Shown: positions 18,264-27,686, counted from the stretch's first letter. The stretch: DNA of 27,704 nt from Candidatus Hydrothermarchaeota archaeon (GCA_046760505.1 JBHIEG010000024.1:1-27704), one strand, 5' to 3'. The notes: generated by a model from the letters alone, not told the origin. Numbers and translations are program-made.

Positions 18264-18791
18264 CTATTTTTTGAATCTCTCTTTTATGAAAGCCAGAATT
18301 TTTTCTGCAGATTCCTCGATACTCAATTTATCCGATTCTAAAATTAAATCAGGGTTTATTGGCTCTTCGTAGGGTACATTTATACCTGGAACTTTCCCTT
18401 CCCTGATTTTTTTGGTGTAAATATCTTTAGGTGATATTTTATCGTCTCTAATTATTTCTCGCTGGATACAGATCTCTAATGGACATCTGACATAGACCTC
18501 TGCAAAGTTGTCTATCAGTTGCCTCGCTTCTTCTCTCCATATTCTTCTGTTCCCGGTAGCATCTATGATAACATTTAAGCCCTCATCTGTGAGAAGTTTG
18601 GCCATGTATACGAGGGATCTATAGACAATATTTCTCTCTTCTTCTGTATAGGTTGGTCTAGGTGTTACAAACTTCCTTATCTCGTCTAATCTGAGTATTC
18701 TTATGTCTTTCTTCTTCTTTATAACTTCATAGGCAATTGAGGACTTGCCACTTCCAGGAAGTCCTGTTATCCATAATGCAAAGCCTTTCAT
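18264..18791 (-). CDS. Adenylyl-sulfate-kinase-like P-loop kinase
   Basis: WITGLPGSGKS, LDEIRK, EVYVRCPLEIC..R and PYEEP..PDL. Confidence 0.85.
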   Translation of the reverse strand: MKGFALWITGLPGSGKSSIAYEVIKKKKDIRILRLDEIRKFVTPRPTYTEEERNIVYRSLVYMAKLLTDEGLNVIIDATGNRRIWREEARQLIDNFAEVYVRCPLEICIQREIIRDDKISPKDIYTKKIREGKVPGINVPYEEPINPDLILESDKLSIEESAEKILAFIKERFKK

Positions 18792-19888
18792 CTCTTGATA
18801 TAAGAATTAATTTCCTTTATTGAAAATTCTTCTGAATCTAGAACTCCATGCACGAAGTTGAATAATTTTCTTCTGTGCTCTTCAGTTATATCTGGATAGA
18901 ATATTGGACTTGCAACAACCACTCCTCTAAAGGCATAGAAAGGAGCAACTACCGAGAATATTTCATGATCTCCAGTAAGTTCAATGTAATAATCATAGAA
19001 GAGGCTTAAAAGTTTCTCATATGGATTTTTCAGTTTACCATGGGTAGTGATAGAATAGAAGATGTAATTGGTAGTAAAAGCAGTTATATCATCCGCTGCA
19101 TCTCCGTATTCCCCCCTACTCCTATCTAAAATCGTGAACTCCCTATCAGATGTAAACCATATGTTACCCGGATGAAAATCACCGTGAATCCTGCACAGTC
19201 TTTTGTACTTTGGTTTTAATTTTGCCCTCCATTCTATGCATTTCTTTTCAATTTCTGCCATCTCTTCATAGTTTGTAAAATCAACATCAGGATACGTATC
19301 TAAAACACCCATCAGACATTCTCCGTGCCCGATGGTATCTCTTATCTTCCTCCAGTAGAGTACCTTGGAATCGAATTTTTCTGAATGAAGCTCTGCAAGG
19401 TATTCTACCAATAGTTTAACTCTCGCTAAATCTAGATCATCAGGATATTCTTTTTTCCTAAGATTTTCAAGATCATGGAAGTAATCTTTCCCTTTGGCCT
19501 CTTCCATAAGCAAGAAAAACTCTTTTGCCTTGCCTATAGATATTATTTCGTCTTCTGCAATTCCTCCTACGTCTATAGCCTTTATATGCCTTGGAATCTT
19601 GTTGAAAGTATCATTCTGCCATAGTAAAACTTGCGCCCTGTCGCTGAAGTGGTCATGTCCTAAACCTATGCCACCCTCCAAAATCTTTGCTACCAGTTTT
19701 TCCCTTTTACCTCCTCTGTTAAAATCTATTAAAAAGCCAGATCCATGGCAACCTGCGCCCAGTGGGATTATTTCATTGATTGATATATCTTCTCCGAATA
19801 AATCTTTTAGATATTTTCTCATAGGTTCCTTTGATAAAATAAATTCTGATAGAATAAATTCTTCTGAGGGCATAAATGAATTTCCCAT
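18788..19888 (-). CDS. Aminoglycoside-phosphotransferase/choline-kinase-fold kinase
   Basis: Gly loop LGAGCHG, LVAK, Brenner motif HGDFHPGNI and ILDRS at the DFG-equivalent position; ATGA overlap with the P-loop kinase gene. Confidence 0.85.
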   Translation of the reverse strand: MGNSFMPSEEFILSEFILSKEPMRKYLKDLFGEDISINEIIPLGAGCHGSGFLIDFNRGGKREKLVAKILEGGIGLGHDHFSDRAQVLLWQNDTFNKIPRHIKAIDVGGIAEDEIISIGKAKEFFLLMEEAKGKDYFHDLENLRKKEYPDDLDLARVKLLVEYLAELHSEKFDSKVLYWRKIRDTIGHGECLMGVLDTYPDVDFTNYEEMAEIEKKCIEWRAKLKPKYKRLCRIHGDFHPGNIWFTSDREFTILDRSRGEYGDAADDITAFTTNYIFYSITTHGKLKNPYEKLLSLFYDYYIELTGDHEIFSVVAPFYAFRGVVVASPIFYPDITEEHRRKLFNFVHGVLDSEEFSIKEINSYIKR

Positions 19889-19954
19889 TCAGAATATTTA
19901 AATCATTCTGGTACTAGGACTAAATAGATATAATTGATCCTCCCTTTTTTATGC

Positions 19955-20599
19955 ATGCTTTCCATCATAATACCCACCAAGGATGAGCCAAGAATACAGG
20001 AATTGGTAGACGAAATAAATGGAATCTTAAGTGGGGAATTTGAAATAATTGTAGTAGACAAGAGTAAGGCTACTCCAAAAATAAATGGGGCTTTTTTGAT
20101 TAAACAAAAATCAAATGGTTTGGGAAATGCTTTTTTGGAAGGTTTAAAGGAGAGCAGGGGTGAAAAAATACTCTTAATGGATGGAGACTACCAACACGAC
20201 CCCAAAGACATTCCTTTATTGCTGAGAGAAATCGAGGATAACGATATTGTTCTCGGCTCTAGATACGTAAAAGGAGGGAAGGTTATAGGATTTCCTTTTT
20301 ATAGAAAAATAATAAGCCAGGGCGCAATTTTTCTTACTAAATTATTTCTGGGACTAGATTTAAAGGATCCCATTACAGGATTCGCCTGCTTCAAGAGAGA
20401 AAAACTTGAGAACATAAAACTTAGCCCAAGGGGCTTCAAGATAGTTCTTGAGATAATCGCCAAGAACAAAGAAGCAAAGATAAAAGAGGTACCAATAACC
20501 TTTAGATCAAGAGAAGAGGGGAAGTCAAAGTTTAATTTGAAGGAAGCATTAGAATTTCTCAGATTACTGATACGCCTGAGGTTTTTGAATGAAGATTGA
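19955..20599 (+). CDS. Glycosyltransferase family 2 (dolichol/polyprenol-phosphate mannose synthase-like)
   Basis: LSIIIPT, GLGNAF..G, MDGDYQHDP, GSRY..GG and EVPITF..R..G.SK; start moved to ATG 19955. Confidence 0.88.
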   Translation: MLSIIIPTKDEPRIQELVDEINGILSGEFEIIVVDKSKATPKINGAFLIKQKSNGLGNAFLEGLKESRGEKILLMDGDYQHDPKDIPLLLREIEDNDIVLGSRYVKGGKVIGFPFYRKIISQGAIFLTKLFLGLDLKDPITGFACFKREKLENIKLSPRGFKIVLEIIAKNKEAKIKEVPITFRSREEGKSKFNLKEALEFLRLLIRLRFLNED

Positions 20600-21701
20600 T
20601 TCTTTCGTAAAGGATGGAGTAAAGGGTTTAAAGAAGGCTATTCATGGAGGAGATGTCTGGGATTATTATAAGAAAAACTTAATCGACTTCAGTTCTAATA
20701 TAAATCCACTTGGCCCCTCTAAAAAGGCATTGGAAAAAATAAAAGAATCTTTATGGAAGTGTGCCTATTATCCCGACTTAGAATCAAGAGAATTGAAGAG
20801 TGCACTCGCAGATTATACGAATATGGGATATGAGAATATTACGGTTGGAAATGGAGGTACGGAGCTAATAAAAAATTTTCTAGAGGTCTTTTTGGACAAA
20901 GGAAACGATGTCTTGATTTTGTCTCCAACTTTCTCAGAGTACGAGGTTTTTTCAAGACTCTATGGAGGAAATATACGTTATCTATTTGCAAGAAGAGAAA
21001 ATGATTTTGAATTTAATCATGGAGAAATAATGGAAAAAATTAATGAAAATACGAGGGTAATATTTATTTGCAATCCAAATAATCCCACGGGAAAGTCTCT
21101 TGGAGAAAAAGATCTTTTAAAAATAATTGAGGAGTCATATCGAAATGATACGTTTGTATTTTTAGATGAAGCATACATAGACTTTACAGAGATGAAGAGT
21201 TTTTGCAGTAAGGTTGGAGACTTTGAGAATCTCTTTATACTAAGATCTCTCACCAAGTTTTTTTCTATTCCAGGATTGAGGATAGGATTCGGTATAGGAA
21301 ATAAAAAAGTAATGGAGTACATGGAAAAAATAAGGATGCCATGGAACACAAACATATTGGGTGAGATCGCGGCGATAGAATCAATTAAGGATAAAGAGTA
21401 CATAAAGGATACCAAAGATACTATAAAGAGAGAAAAGAATTTTTTTTATAAAGAGGTCTCGAAGATTGATAACTTAAAGATATACAGTTCTGATGCCAAC
21501 TTTTTTTTAATAGATCTGAGAGAAAGCGGTATTAATGCGAGAGAAATGAAGAATGCCTTAATAAAGAAAGGTATGTTGATAAGGGACTGCAGTTCTTTTA
21601 GAGGTTTGGATGATTATTTTATTAGAATTGGAATCAGAACAAGGGAAGAAAATTTAAAATTGATTGAAGAGATGCGCAGTATTTTGGAATCGATTGGATA
21701 G
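20589..21701 (+). CDS. cobD: L-threonine-O-3-phosphate decarboxylase (HisC/CobD family, PLP-dependent)
   Basis: HGG, DFSSNINPLG, CNPNNPTG, DEAYIDF, RSLTKFFSIPGLRIG and IRDCSSF.GL favour CobD over HisC. Confidence 0.8.
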   Translation: MKIDSFVKDGVKGLKKAIHGGDVWDYYKKNLIDFSSNINPLGPSKKALEKIKESLWKCAYYPDLESRELKSALADYTNMGYENITVGNGGTELIKNFLEVFLDKGNDVLILSPTFSEYEVFSRLYGGNIRYLFARRENDFEFNHGEIMEKINENTRVIFICNPNNPTGKSLGEKDLLKIIEESYRNDTFVFLDEAYIDFTEMKSFCSKVGDFENLFILRSLTKFFSIPGLRIGFGIGNKKVMEYMEKIRMPWNTNILGEIAAIESIKDKEYIKDTKDTIKREKNFFYKEVSKIDNLKIYSSDANFFLIDLRESGINAREMKNALIKKGMLIRDCSSFRGLDDYFIRIGIRTREENLKLIEEMRSILESIG

Positions 21702-21923
21702 ACTTTTTACGCATAAGGATGAATCAGTGATTGAGAAAACCTTTGAAAATATGAAACAGTTTATAGTTTTAAAAAGTTTATCTGTCTTTGATTTTCAGGT
21801 ACATCTCCCCCGTGCTCTATTCCTGCATGCATGAATGTCAGATCTTTCATTCAAACTACTTTAATTTCTAAAGTATATAAAATTTGGATGAAGAAATAGA
21901 TAACAATAACAAAAATTCGATAC

Positions 21924-22412
21924 GTGGGTTCAAGATTGAATAAAAAAGAAAAGGACATTGAAAAGAAAATCAACGATCTATATGAAAAGATAGATCGATT
22001 AGAAAAGATAATAAGGGAGATATCAAAGCCTTACGAAGACATGGTTGAATATATAGAGTACATCAAGGGCGTTTCATCCAGATATCTCAGGATTCTTGAT
22101 TTATACCTTGAACATGGTGTGATTTCACCAGAGATAATAGTTCCTGATATAAAAGACCCTATCTCAAAGGAGATAGTAAAAATTCTCTTCGAGAAAGGAG
22201 AGTTAAACATATCGGAAATAGCGAGAGAAATAAAAAAGAGAAGAGGAACTTCCTCTAGGAAAACGATAAGAGAAAAGTTGCTAGAACTAAAGGTTAGAGA
22301 TGTGGTAAAAGAAGTGGAATCGAAAAAAGGAAAGATATACAAGATCTCTGATCACCTGATCACTGAGTGGTTAGAAATGCTCGGAATTTTGAAGGAAGGT
22401 GACCATAAGTGA
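21924..22412 (+). CDS. Coiled-coil plus winged-helix DNA-binding protein
   Basis: N-terminal heptads and a wHTH (EIVKILFEKGELNISEIAREIK.RRGTSSRKTIREKL..L...VV); AAAG-TATATAAA box at about 21870-21881. Confidence 0.8.
   Translation: MGSRLNKKEKDIEKKINDLYEKIDRLEKIIREISKPYEDMVEYIEYIKGVSSRYLRILDLYLEHGVISPEIIVPDIKDPISKEIVKILFEKGELNISEIAREIKKRRGTSSRKTIREKLLELKVRDVVKEVESKKGKIYKISDHLITEWLEMLGILKEGDHK
22350..22394 (+). repeat. 45-bp direct repeat, copy 1 (inside the 3' end of the wHTH gene)
   Basis: GATCACCTGATCACTGAGTGGTTAGAAATGCTCGGAATTTTGAAG; 43/45 identical to 25911-25955. Confidence 0.95.
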
Positions 22413-22504
22413 GCATAATAATAGAGGCGATCCGGATGAAAAAATTTAGTTTAATGAGAAAAATAGAAAAAAATTGTAAAGTAAGAGATATAGGAATAAA
22501 CTAC

Positions 22505-24094
22505 ATGGGGGCAAATAGGATAGAACATAGGATATATTTATTGACATTTCTCTCAATCCTTTTTATCTTTCTGCTTTCCAATAACGCCCTAGCCCAGCGT
22601 TGTTGTCTCTCCGATGAGTTTATTAACTATGGAGAGTTTGAGACTGGATCCTTATATATAGATTTGGTAAAAACCGAAGGAAAGCTTCTTCCAGGCATGG
22701 TGAATGCCGAGATACATGTTTGGATTGGGAATAGGGGAGAAAATACTTTAGAAGATTTGAGAGTATATCTTTCTCCAGAATTCCCTTTCACTGCATATAA
22801 GCCTACTGTTAATTATTTAGGAGATGTTGGCACCTTTGGATCTGTTAAGGCAACTTTCTATCTAAACATAGATCCAAATGCACTGGAAGATACATACGAT
22901 ATCCCTATCTACGCTGAATACAAAATAAAAAAGGATGAAATAAGCAAAAAAGAAGGAAGAGTGGAAAAACATATCGATAGAGGAACCATTAAACTAAAAG
23001 TTTATGGTTTTTCCTTTTTGAATTTAGAAGAGGCAAGGACAAAGCCTAATCCCGTACTTCCTGAGGAAGGATTTCTGTTGTTTATGAAATTAAAGAACGA
23101 AGGAAGCAAACCAATTTATGACATCAAGGGGGAAGTAAAATCCGAAATACTGGCATCTACATCTCATTTTCATATAAATGCCCTCGGTATAGGTGAAGAC
23201 AAAGAAATAATATTGAATCTCACCACAAAAGATGTATCTCCGGGCGTAAACAACATTCAAATAAATTTATACTATCAAGACTTGGAGTACGAGAATCTCT
23301 CAACGACTCGATATATACCTGTTTACGTAGAGGCAAAGACCATAGATGTTGAGATCCTAGACGTCAATGCAATAGGCATAAATCCGGGAGAGAGCGGCTC
23401 CATAAATTTTGTTATCAGAAATATCGGAGAAGAAGATCTTCATAATTTCAAACTTGTTGCTAACTTATACAGTCCCATAGCCAGTGTTTACGGGAATGAA
23501 ATGTTTCTGGGAAATTTGAAAAGAGGTTCCGTGAAAAACTTTTCCTTTCCAATTTCCGTTGATAGAAAAGCAGAATCCAAGTTATACACGATACCCTTCA
23601 CCTTCAAATATAGAGATTCCTTGGACAAGGAACATTCAAAAAACATAAGCATAGGAATTCAAGTGAGAGGGATACCAGAGATAGCCATAGGTACAACGGA
23701 CACAGATCCTACAAGAATAATTGCAAAATCTCCCTTTACGTTGAGCGTAGAGCTAGAAAATGTAGGAACAGGAGAAGCAAGATCTGTGCATGTTACATTA
23801 AAAGCAGATGAATTTTTAGGAGAAAAAGAGAGTTACATAGGATCTTTAGATCCTGATGATACTGGAACAGCTATATTTGATCTTGTAGCCCCTAAAGAAG
23901 GAGACAAACTTTATCCTGTAACAATCACCGCTGAATACTCAGATAACTATGGAAATACTTATAGAAAAATCTTTGAATTAAACATCTCTACTTATAAAAA
24001 ACCAATTTCCAAAACCCCTTTTATTGTCGGAGGTCTTTTAATAGTGGGGATACTCTATTATGCATGGAGAAGGAAGAAGCATGCGATCGAGTGA
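22505..24094 (+). CDS. COG1361 S-layer-domain-like multi-Ig/CARDB cell-surface protein
   Basis: Signal peptide ending NALA|Q, repeated N.G...L Ig-like modules (GNRGE, KNEGS, RNIGE, ENVGT), and a C-terminal TM helix followed by RRKK. The ORF is open from 22409, but ATG 22505 fits the signal peptide better. Confidence 0.85.
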   Translation: MGANRIEHRIYLLTFLSILFIFLLSNNALAQRCCLSDEFINYGEFETGSLYIDLVKTEGKLLPGMVNAEIHVWIGNRGENTLEDLRVYLSPEFPFTAYKPTVNYLGDVGTFGSVKATFYLNIDPNALEDTYDIPIYAEYKIKKDEISKKEGRVEKHIDRGTIKLKVYGFSFLNLEEARTKPNPVLPEEGFLLFMKLKNEGSKPIYDIKGEVKSEILASTSHFHINALGIGEDKEIILNLTTKDVSPGVNNIQINLYYQDLEYENLSTTRYIPVYVEAKTIDVEILDVNAIGINPGESGSINFVIRNIGEEDLHNFKLVANLYSPIASVYGNEMFLGNLKRGSVKNFSFPISVDRKAESKLYTIPFTFKYRDSLDKEHSKNISIGIQVRGIPEIAIGTTDTDPTRIIAKSPFTLSVELENVGTGEARSVHVTLKADEFLGEKESYIGSLDPDDTGTAIFDLVAPKEGDKLYPVTITAEYSDNYGNTYRKIFELNISTYKKPISKTPFIVGGLLIVGILYYAWRRKKHAIE

Positions 24095-25214
24095 ATTTTC
24101 CCTGAAAAATCTTTTCCGCAGAAAAACAAGAACCGGTCTTGCTCTTTTAGGGATAGCAGTAGGCGTTGCGGCTATCGTTGCATTGGTATCCATTGCAGAT
24201 GGATTGGAGGCAACCGCACTTGAAGCCATAGGAGAACTGAAGGGCGTTTACGTGCAAGAAGAAAACACAGGAAGTCCAATATTCAGCAAGATATCAAAAT
24301 CTTATGAAGAAAAAATAGAAGCAATGCCCGGGGTAAAGCTGGCATCTCCTATGATAATTTACCTTCCAAAAACCATAGAAGATAAGCCATCCCGAGGCTT
24401 TACCGCGCCGAGTATAAATGGTATAGATCCAGAGAAATTCAAAAAGACCGGATCTCCGGTAACAGAAGTTAAAAGGGGAAGATTTCTCTCGTCTAAGGAT
24501 AGATACAAAGCGGTCATCGGTCAGCAGATCTCTGATAACTACAAAAAACAGGTTGGTGGTTCCATCGAGATCGATGATAGAAATTTCAAGATAGTTGGCA
24601 TATATGAAACAGGCTCGATCGTATTCGATAACGATATCTATGTACCTTTAGATGTTGCCCAAGAACTGGGAGGTATGGAAAAGGACGAGGTGAATGCGAT
24701 AGTTGTTCTCGCTCAGGATCCAACAAATACTGATAAGATAGCAAAACAGATCGAAATGCGATACGATGATTTGCAAGCGGGAACGCAGGAGGAATTCTCA
24801 GAAATGATTTCAGGTTTGGCAGGAAGCATTCGGAGCGTTACTTGGGCTGTTTCCGGTATTGCTGCAATAGTTGGCGGAATTGGTATAGCAAATACAATGC
24901 TGATGTCTGTGATAGAAAGAACCAGAGAAATTGGCGTTTTAAAGTCCATTGGATGGAGCAATAATAATGTATTGAAAATGATTATGACAGAAGCAGTCCT
25001 TCTGGGTTTTACAGGAGGTTTAATAGGGATTGCGATCGGCTTTGGTGCAGTGTTTACTCTGAGAACAATGCTTCCATCGCTTAATCCTGTACTGACGATG
25101 AAATTAGTACTGGAAGTTCTAGTATTCTCAATGTCCTTAGGAATTCTAGGAGGCTTTTATCCTGCTTGGAATGCGTCAAAAATGAATCCAATAGAAGCTT
25201 TGAGGACTGAGTAA
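24081..25214 (+). CDS. ABC transporter permease, MacB/FtsX (SalY) family
   Basis: KNLFRRKTRT.LA.LGIAVG, GIANTMLMSVIERTREIGVLKSIGW and YPAW.AS.MNP.EALR.E. Confidence 0.93.
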   Translation: MRSSEFSLKNLFRRKTRTGLALLGIAVGVAAIVALVSIADGLEATALEAIGELKGVYVQEENTGSPIFSKISKSYEEKIEAMPGVKLASPMIIYLPKTIEDKPSRGFTAPSINGIDPEKFKKTGSPVTEVKRGRFLSSKDRYKAVIGQQISDNYKKQVGGSIEIDDRNFKIVGIYETGSIVFDNDIYVPLDVAQELGGMEKDEVNAIVVLAQDPTNTDKIAKQIEMRYDDLQAGTQEEFSEMISGLAGSIRSVTWAVSGIAAIVGGIGIANTMLMSVIERTREIGVLKSIGWSNNNVLKMIMTEAVLLGFTGGLIGIAIGFGAVFTLRTMLPSLNPVLTMKLVLEVLVFSMSLGILGGFYPAWNASKMNPIEALRTE

Positions 25215-25883
25215 ATGATCCTGCTTAAAGATGTGACCAAGATTTACAAGCTAGGGATGACAGAGGTCGTTGCTCTCGATCACGTTAATCTAAAAATCGA
25301 CAAAGGAGAGTTTGTGAGCATCATGGGACCTTCTGGATCGGGAAAATCTACGTTGCTCAACATGATAGGTGCTTTAGATAGACCAACCTCAGGATCAGTC
25401 TTTTTAGACGGTAAAGATATCTCAAGACTCGATGACGATCAATTGACCAAAATACGCCGAGAGCAAATAGGATTTATATTTCAGGGTTTTTACCTCATTC
25501 CAACTCTAAACGCTCTGGAAAACGTTTTGGTGCCTTTAATACCCACTGGAAAAGATTTAACCTCAAGAGCCAAAGATCTCTTAGAGGCAGTGGGCCTCAA
25601 AGATCGAATGCATCATTACCCATCTCAGTTAAGCGGTGGAGAGCAGCAAAGAGTAGCTATAGCTAGGGCATTAATTAATGATCCAAGATTTGTACTAGCA
25701 GATGAACCTACCGGAGAGATAGACACTAAAACAGGGGAAATGATCCTTGAACTAATGCGCAAAATTAACAGAGAAAGCGGTACTACCTTTGTTATAGTTA
25801 CTCATGACCCAAACATAGCAAAGTTGACTGATAGAACTATTTATTTGAGAGACGGACGTATAATCGAAAGAAATGGGTTTTAA
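25215..25883 (+). CDS. ABC transporter ATP-binding protein, LolD/SalX family
   Basis: Walker A GPSGSGKST, LSGGEQQRV, LADEPTG and VTHD. Confidence 0.95.
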   Translation: MILLKDVTKIYKLGMTEVVALDHVNLKIDKGEFVSIMGPSGSGKSTLLNMIGALDRPTSGSVFLDGKDISRLDDDQLTKIRREQIGFIFQGFYLIPTLNALENVLVPLIPTGKDLTSRAKDLLEAVGLKDRMHHYPSQLSGGEQQRVAIARALINDPRFVLADEPTGEIDTKTGEMILELMRKINRESGTTFVIVTHDPNIAKLTDRTIYLRDGRIIERNGF

Positions 25884-25910
25884 GTTAATTTTTTTAAGTT
25901 TTATCAGCGA

Positions 25911-25991
25911 GATCATCTGATCACTGAGTGATTAGAAATGCTCGGAATTTTGAAGAAGAGTAACCAGGCTATTATGAAGTTGGTGATATAA
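25911..25991 (+). repeat. Direct repeat copy 2 (25911-25955) plus the relic 3' end of the wHTH gene
   Basis: Translates as DHLITE*LEMLGILKKSNQAIMKLVI*; the final TAA (25989-25991) abuts ATG 25992. Confidence 0.9.
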
Positions 25992-26294
25992 ATGAATAAA
26001 GAAATGCACGATCCGAGGAAAGCGAAAGAAATGTTTGATGTGGTTTCTGAGAAGATACCAGAAATAGTGGGATCGCTGATCGACTCCTTGTACAATGAGG
26101 AAAGAGCGACTAAGACTGCTAAAGCCGTTGCAGCATTCTATAAGGAATTGAAAGAGGGCGGAATGTCAGATGAGCAAGCATTTGAGTTGACAAAAGAATA
26201 TACTTCAAATTTAAGCCTTAAAAAAATGAGGAAAGGTATCGGCTTCAAACAGCATTTCAAGGAGCACTTTGCAAAATTCAAGGAGAAGGAATGA
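25992..26294 (+). CDS. Conserved-looking small helical hypothetical protein
   Basis: GGTGAT SD; the motif AVAAFYKELKEGGMSDEQAFELT resembles an uncharacterised archaeal family (recalled, not searched). Confidence 0.75.
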   Translation: MNKEMHDPRKAKEMFDVVSEKIPEIVGSLIDSLYNEERATKTAKAVAAFYKELKEGGMSDEQAFELTKEYTSNLSLKKMRKGIGFKQHFKEHFAKFKEKE

Positions 26295-26468
26295 ACTTAC
26301 TAGGAACTATCTAACCATACAAATTTACTTCGCACCTCTCCATCCTTCTTAGAGCCTGATTTAATAGGTAAAACCCTTGATAATTTTAAGAACTCAAATA
26401 GATTAACTAAGTGTTATATGTAATGCCATACAAGTGACGGCTATCATACAAAAAGGGAAGGATAAATA

Positions 26469-27686
26469 ATGCATTCCACCCTAATCATTGGAATCATCAT
26501 CTTCACAGGTTTTGTTTTTGGAGAAATTGCCACAAAAATCAAACTACCTAAAATCACGGGTTATATTCTGGCAGGTATATTGCTAAACCCTAGTTTATTT
26601 CATTTTATACCAGAAAATTTCATGGAAAATACAAGCATCGTAACGAGTATTTCTCTTTCTGTCATAACATTTTCAGTAGGTGGCACCTTATTGTATTCTC
26701 ACATAAAAAAATTAGGTAAGGCAATACTTTTCATTACTCTATTTGAAGCTGAATTCGCTTTTCTAGCAGTTGTCATGGGACTTCTCATGGTAACACCTCT
26801 CTTCCTTCATTTTCCTGATGCGAGCTGGCTGACTGTATTCATCCCTGTAAGCATATTAGTTGGCTCTCTTGCATCGCCCACGGATCCGTCTGCTACGCTA
26901 GCGGTTGTACATGAATACAAGGCTGAGGGACCTGTTTCTTCTACTATAATGGGCGTTGCAGCGTTTGACGATGCATTAGGGATTATAAATTACAGTGTTG
27001 CTATCGCAGTGGCTGGAGCATTTATCCTTCACAAGAGTTTCAGTTTTTATTCATCTCTATTAACTCCACTGATCATTATTGGCGGAGCAATCATCTTGGG
27101 GATTATTTTTGGATTCATTTTCAATGGAATCACGCTACTTATAAAGAAGGAGACAGAAGGTGCCTTTATTGTGTTCATATTGGCTCTACTCCTACTCTGT
27201 TTTGGCACCGCAGCATTAATCGGGGTTGATGAACTTTTGGCAACAATGACAATGGGGATTATCGTAGTTAATTTTAACTCGAAAAGAGAGAAAATATTCA
27301 AAATTCTAGAGCGTTATACCGAAGAATTAATCTTTGTCCTATTTTTCACATTAAGCGGAATGCACCTCAATTTCTCTGTCCTGTCAACTTCTTATATGCT
27401 TGTATTGGCCTTTGTATTCTTCAGAGCTCTTGGAAAAATTTCAGGAACCATGATAGGCGCGTCTGTTTCAAAATCATCCGAGGTGATTAAGAGATATACC
27501 GCAGGAGGTTTAATTCCTCAGGGAGGCATTGTGATTGGTTTAGCTTTAATGATAAAACAGAATCCTGCTTTTGATGTCATTTCTGATGTTATCATCAGCA
27601 TTATAATTGGGGCCACAATCATACACGAACTAATTGGACCTATCTCCGCTAAGATGGCGCTTAGAAAAGCAGGGGAAATAAAATGA
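26469..27686 (+). CDS. Cation:proton antiporter (Na_H_Exchanger, CPA2/Kef-like)
   Basis: KLPKITGYILAGILL, ASPTDPSAT, AAFDDALG, FFTLSG, RALGK and LIPQGGI.IGLA; roughly 12 hydrophobic segments. Confidence 0.9.
   Translation: MHSTLIIGIIIFTGFVFGEIATKIKLPKITGYILAGILLNPSLFHFIPENFMENTSIVTSISLSVITFSVGGTLLYSHIKKLGKAILFITLFEAEFAFLAVVMGLLMVTPLFLHFPDASWLTVFIPVSILVGSLASPTDPSATLAVVHEYKAEGPVSSTIMGVAAFDDALGIINYSVAIAVAGAFILHKSFSFYSSLLTPLIIIGGAIILGIIFGFIFNGITLLIKKETEGAFIVFILALLLLCFGTAALIGVDELLATMTMGIIVVNFNSKREKIFKILERYTEELIFVLFFTLSGMHLNFSVLSTSYMLVLAFVFFRALGKISGTMIGASVSKSSEVIKRYTAGGLIPQGGIVIGLALMIKQNPAFDVISDVIISIIIGATIIHELIGPISAKMALRKAGEIK

Noticed and set aside
20589-21701. Calling this gene hisC
   Set aside because: HGG, DFSSNINP and SLTKFF.IPGLR fit CobD better; hisC cannot be fully excluded without a phylogeny.
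25929-25931. In-frame TGA in repeat copy 2 as selenocysteine or readthrough
   Set aside because: It replaces a Trp codon in a fragment with no start; simple decay explains it.
22350-25955. CRISPR array or IS element as the source of the repeat
   Set aside because: Only two copies 3.5 kb apart, with no spacers, cas genes, terminal inverted repeats or transposase.
1234-27301. Many antisense or alternate-frame ORFs in the track (e.g. 2916..3263, 5288..5731, 6465..6842, 19494..19901, 21017..21415)
   Set aside because: They are shadows of well-supported genes, with the Ser/Phe/Ile-rich composition expected from reverse-complemented Glu/Lys codons and no motifs.
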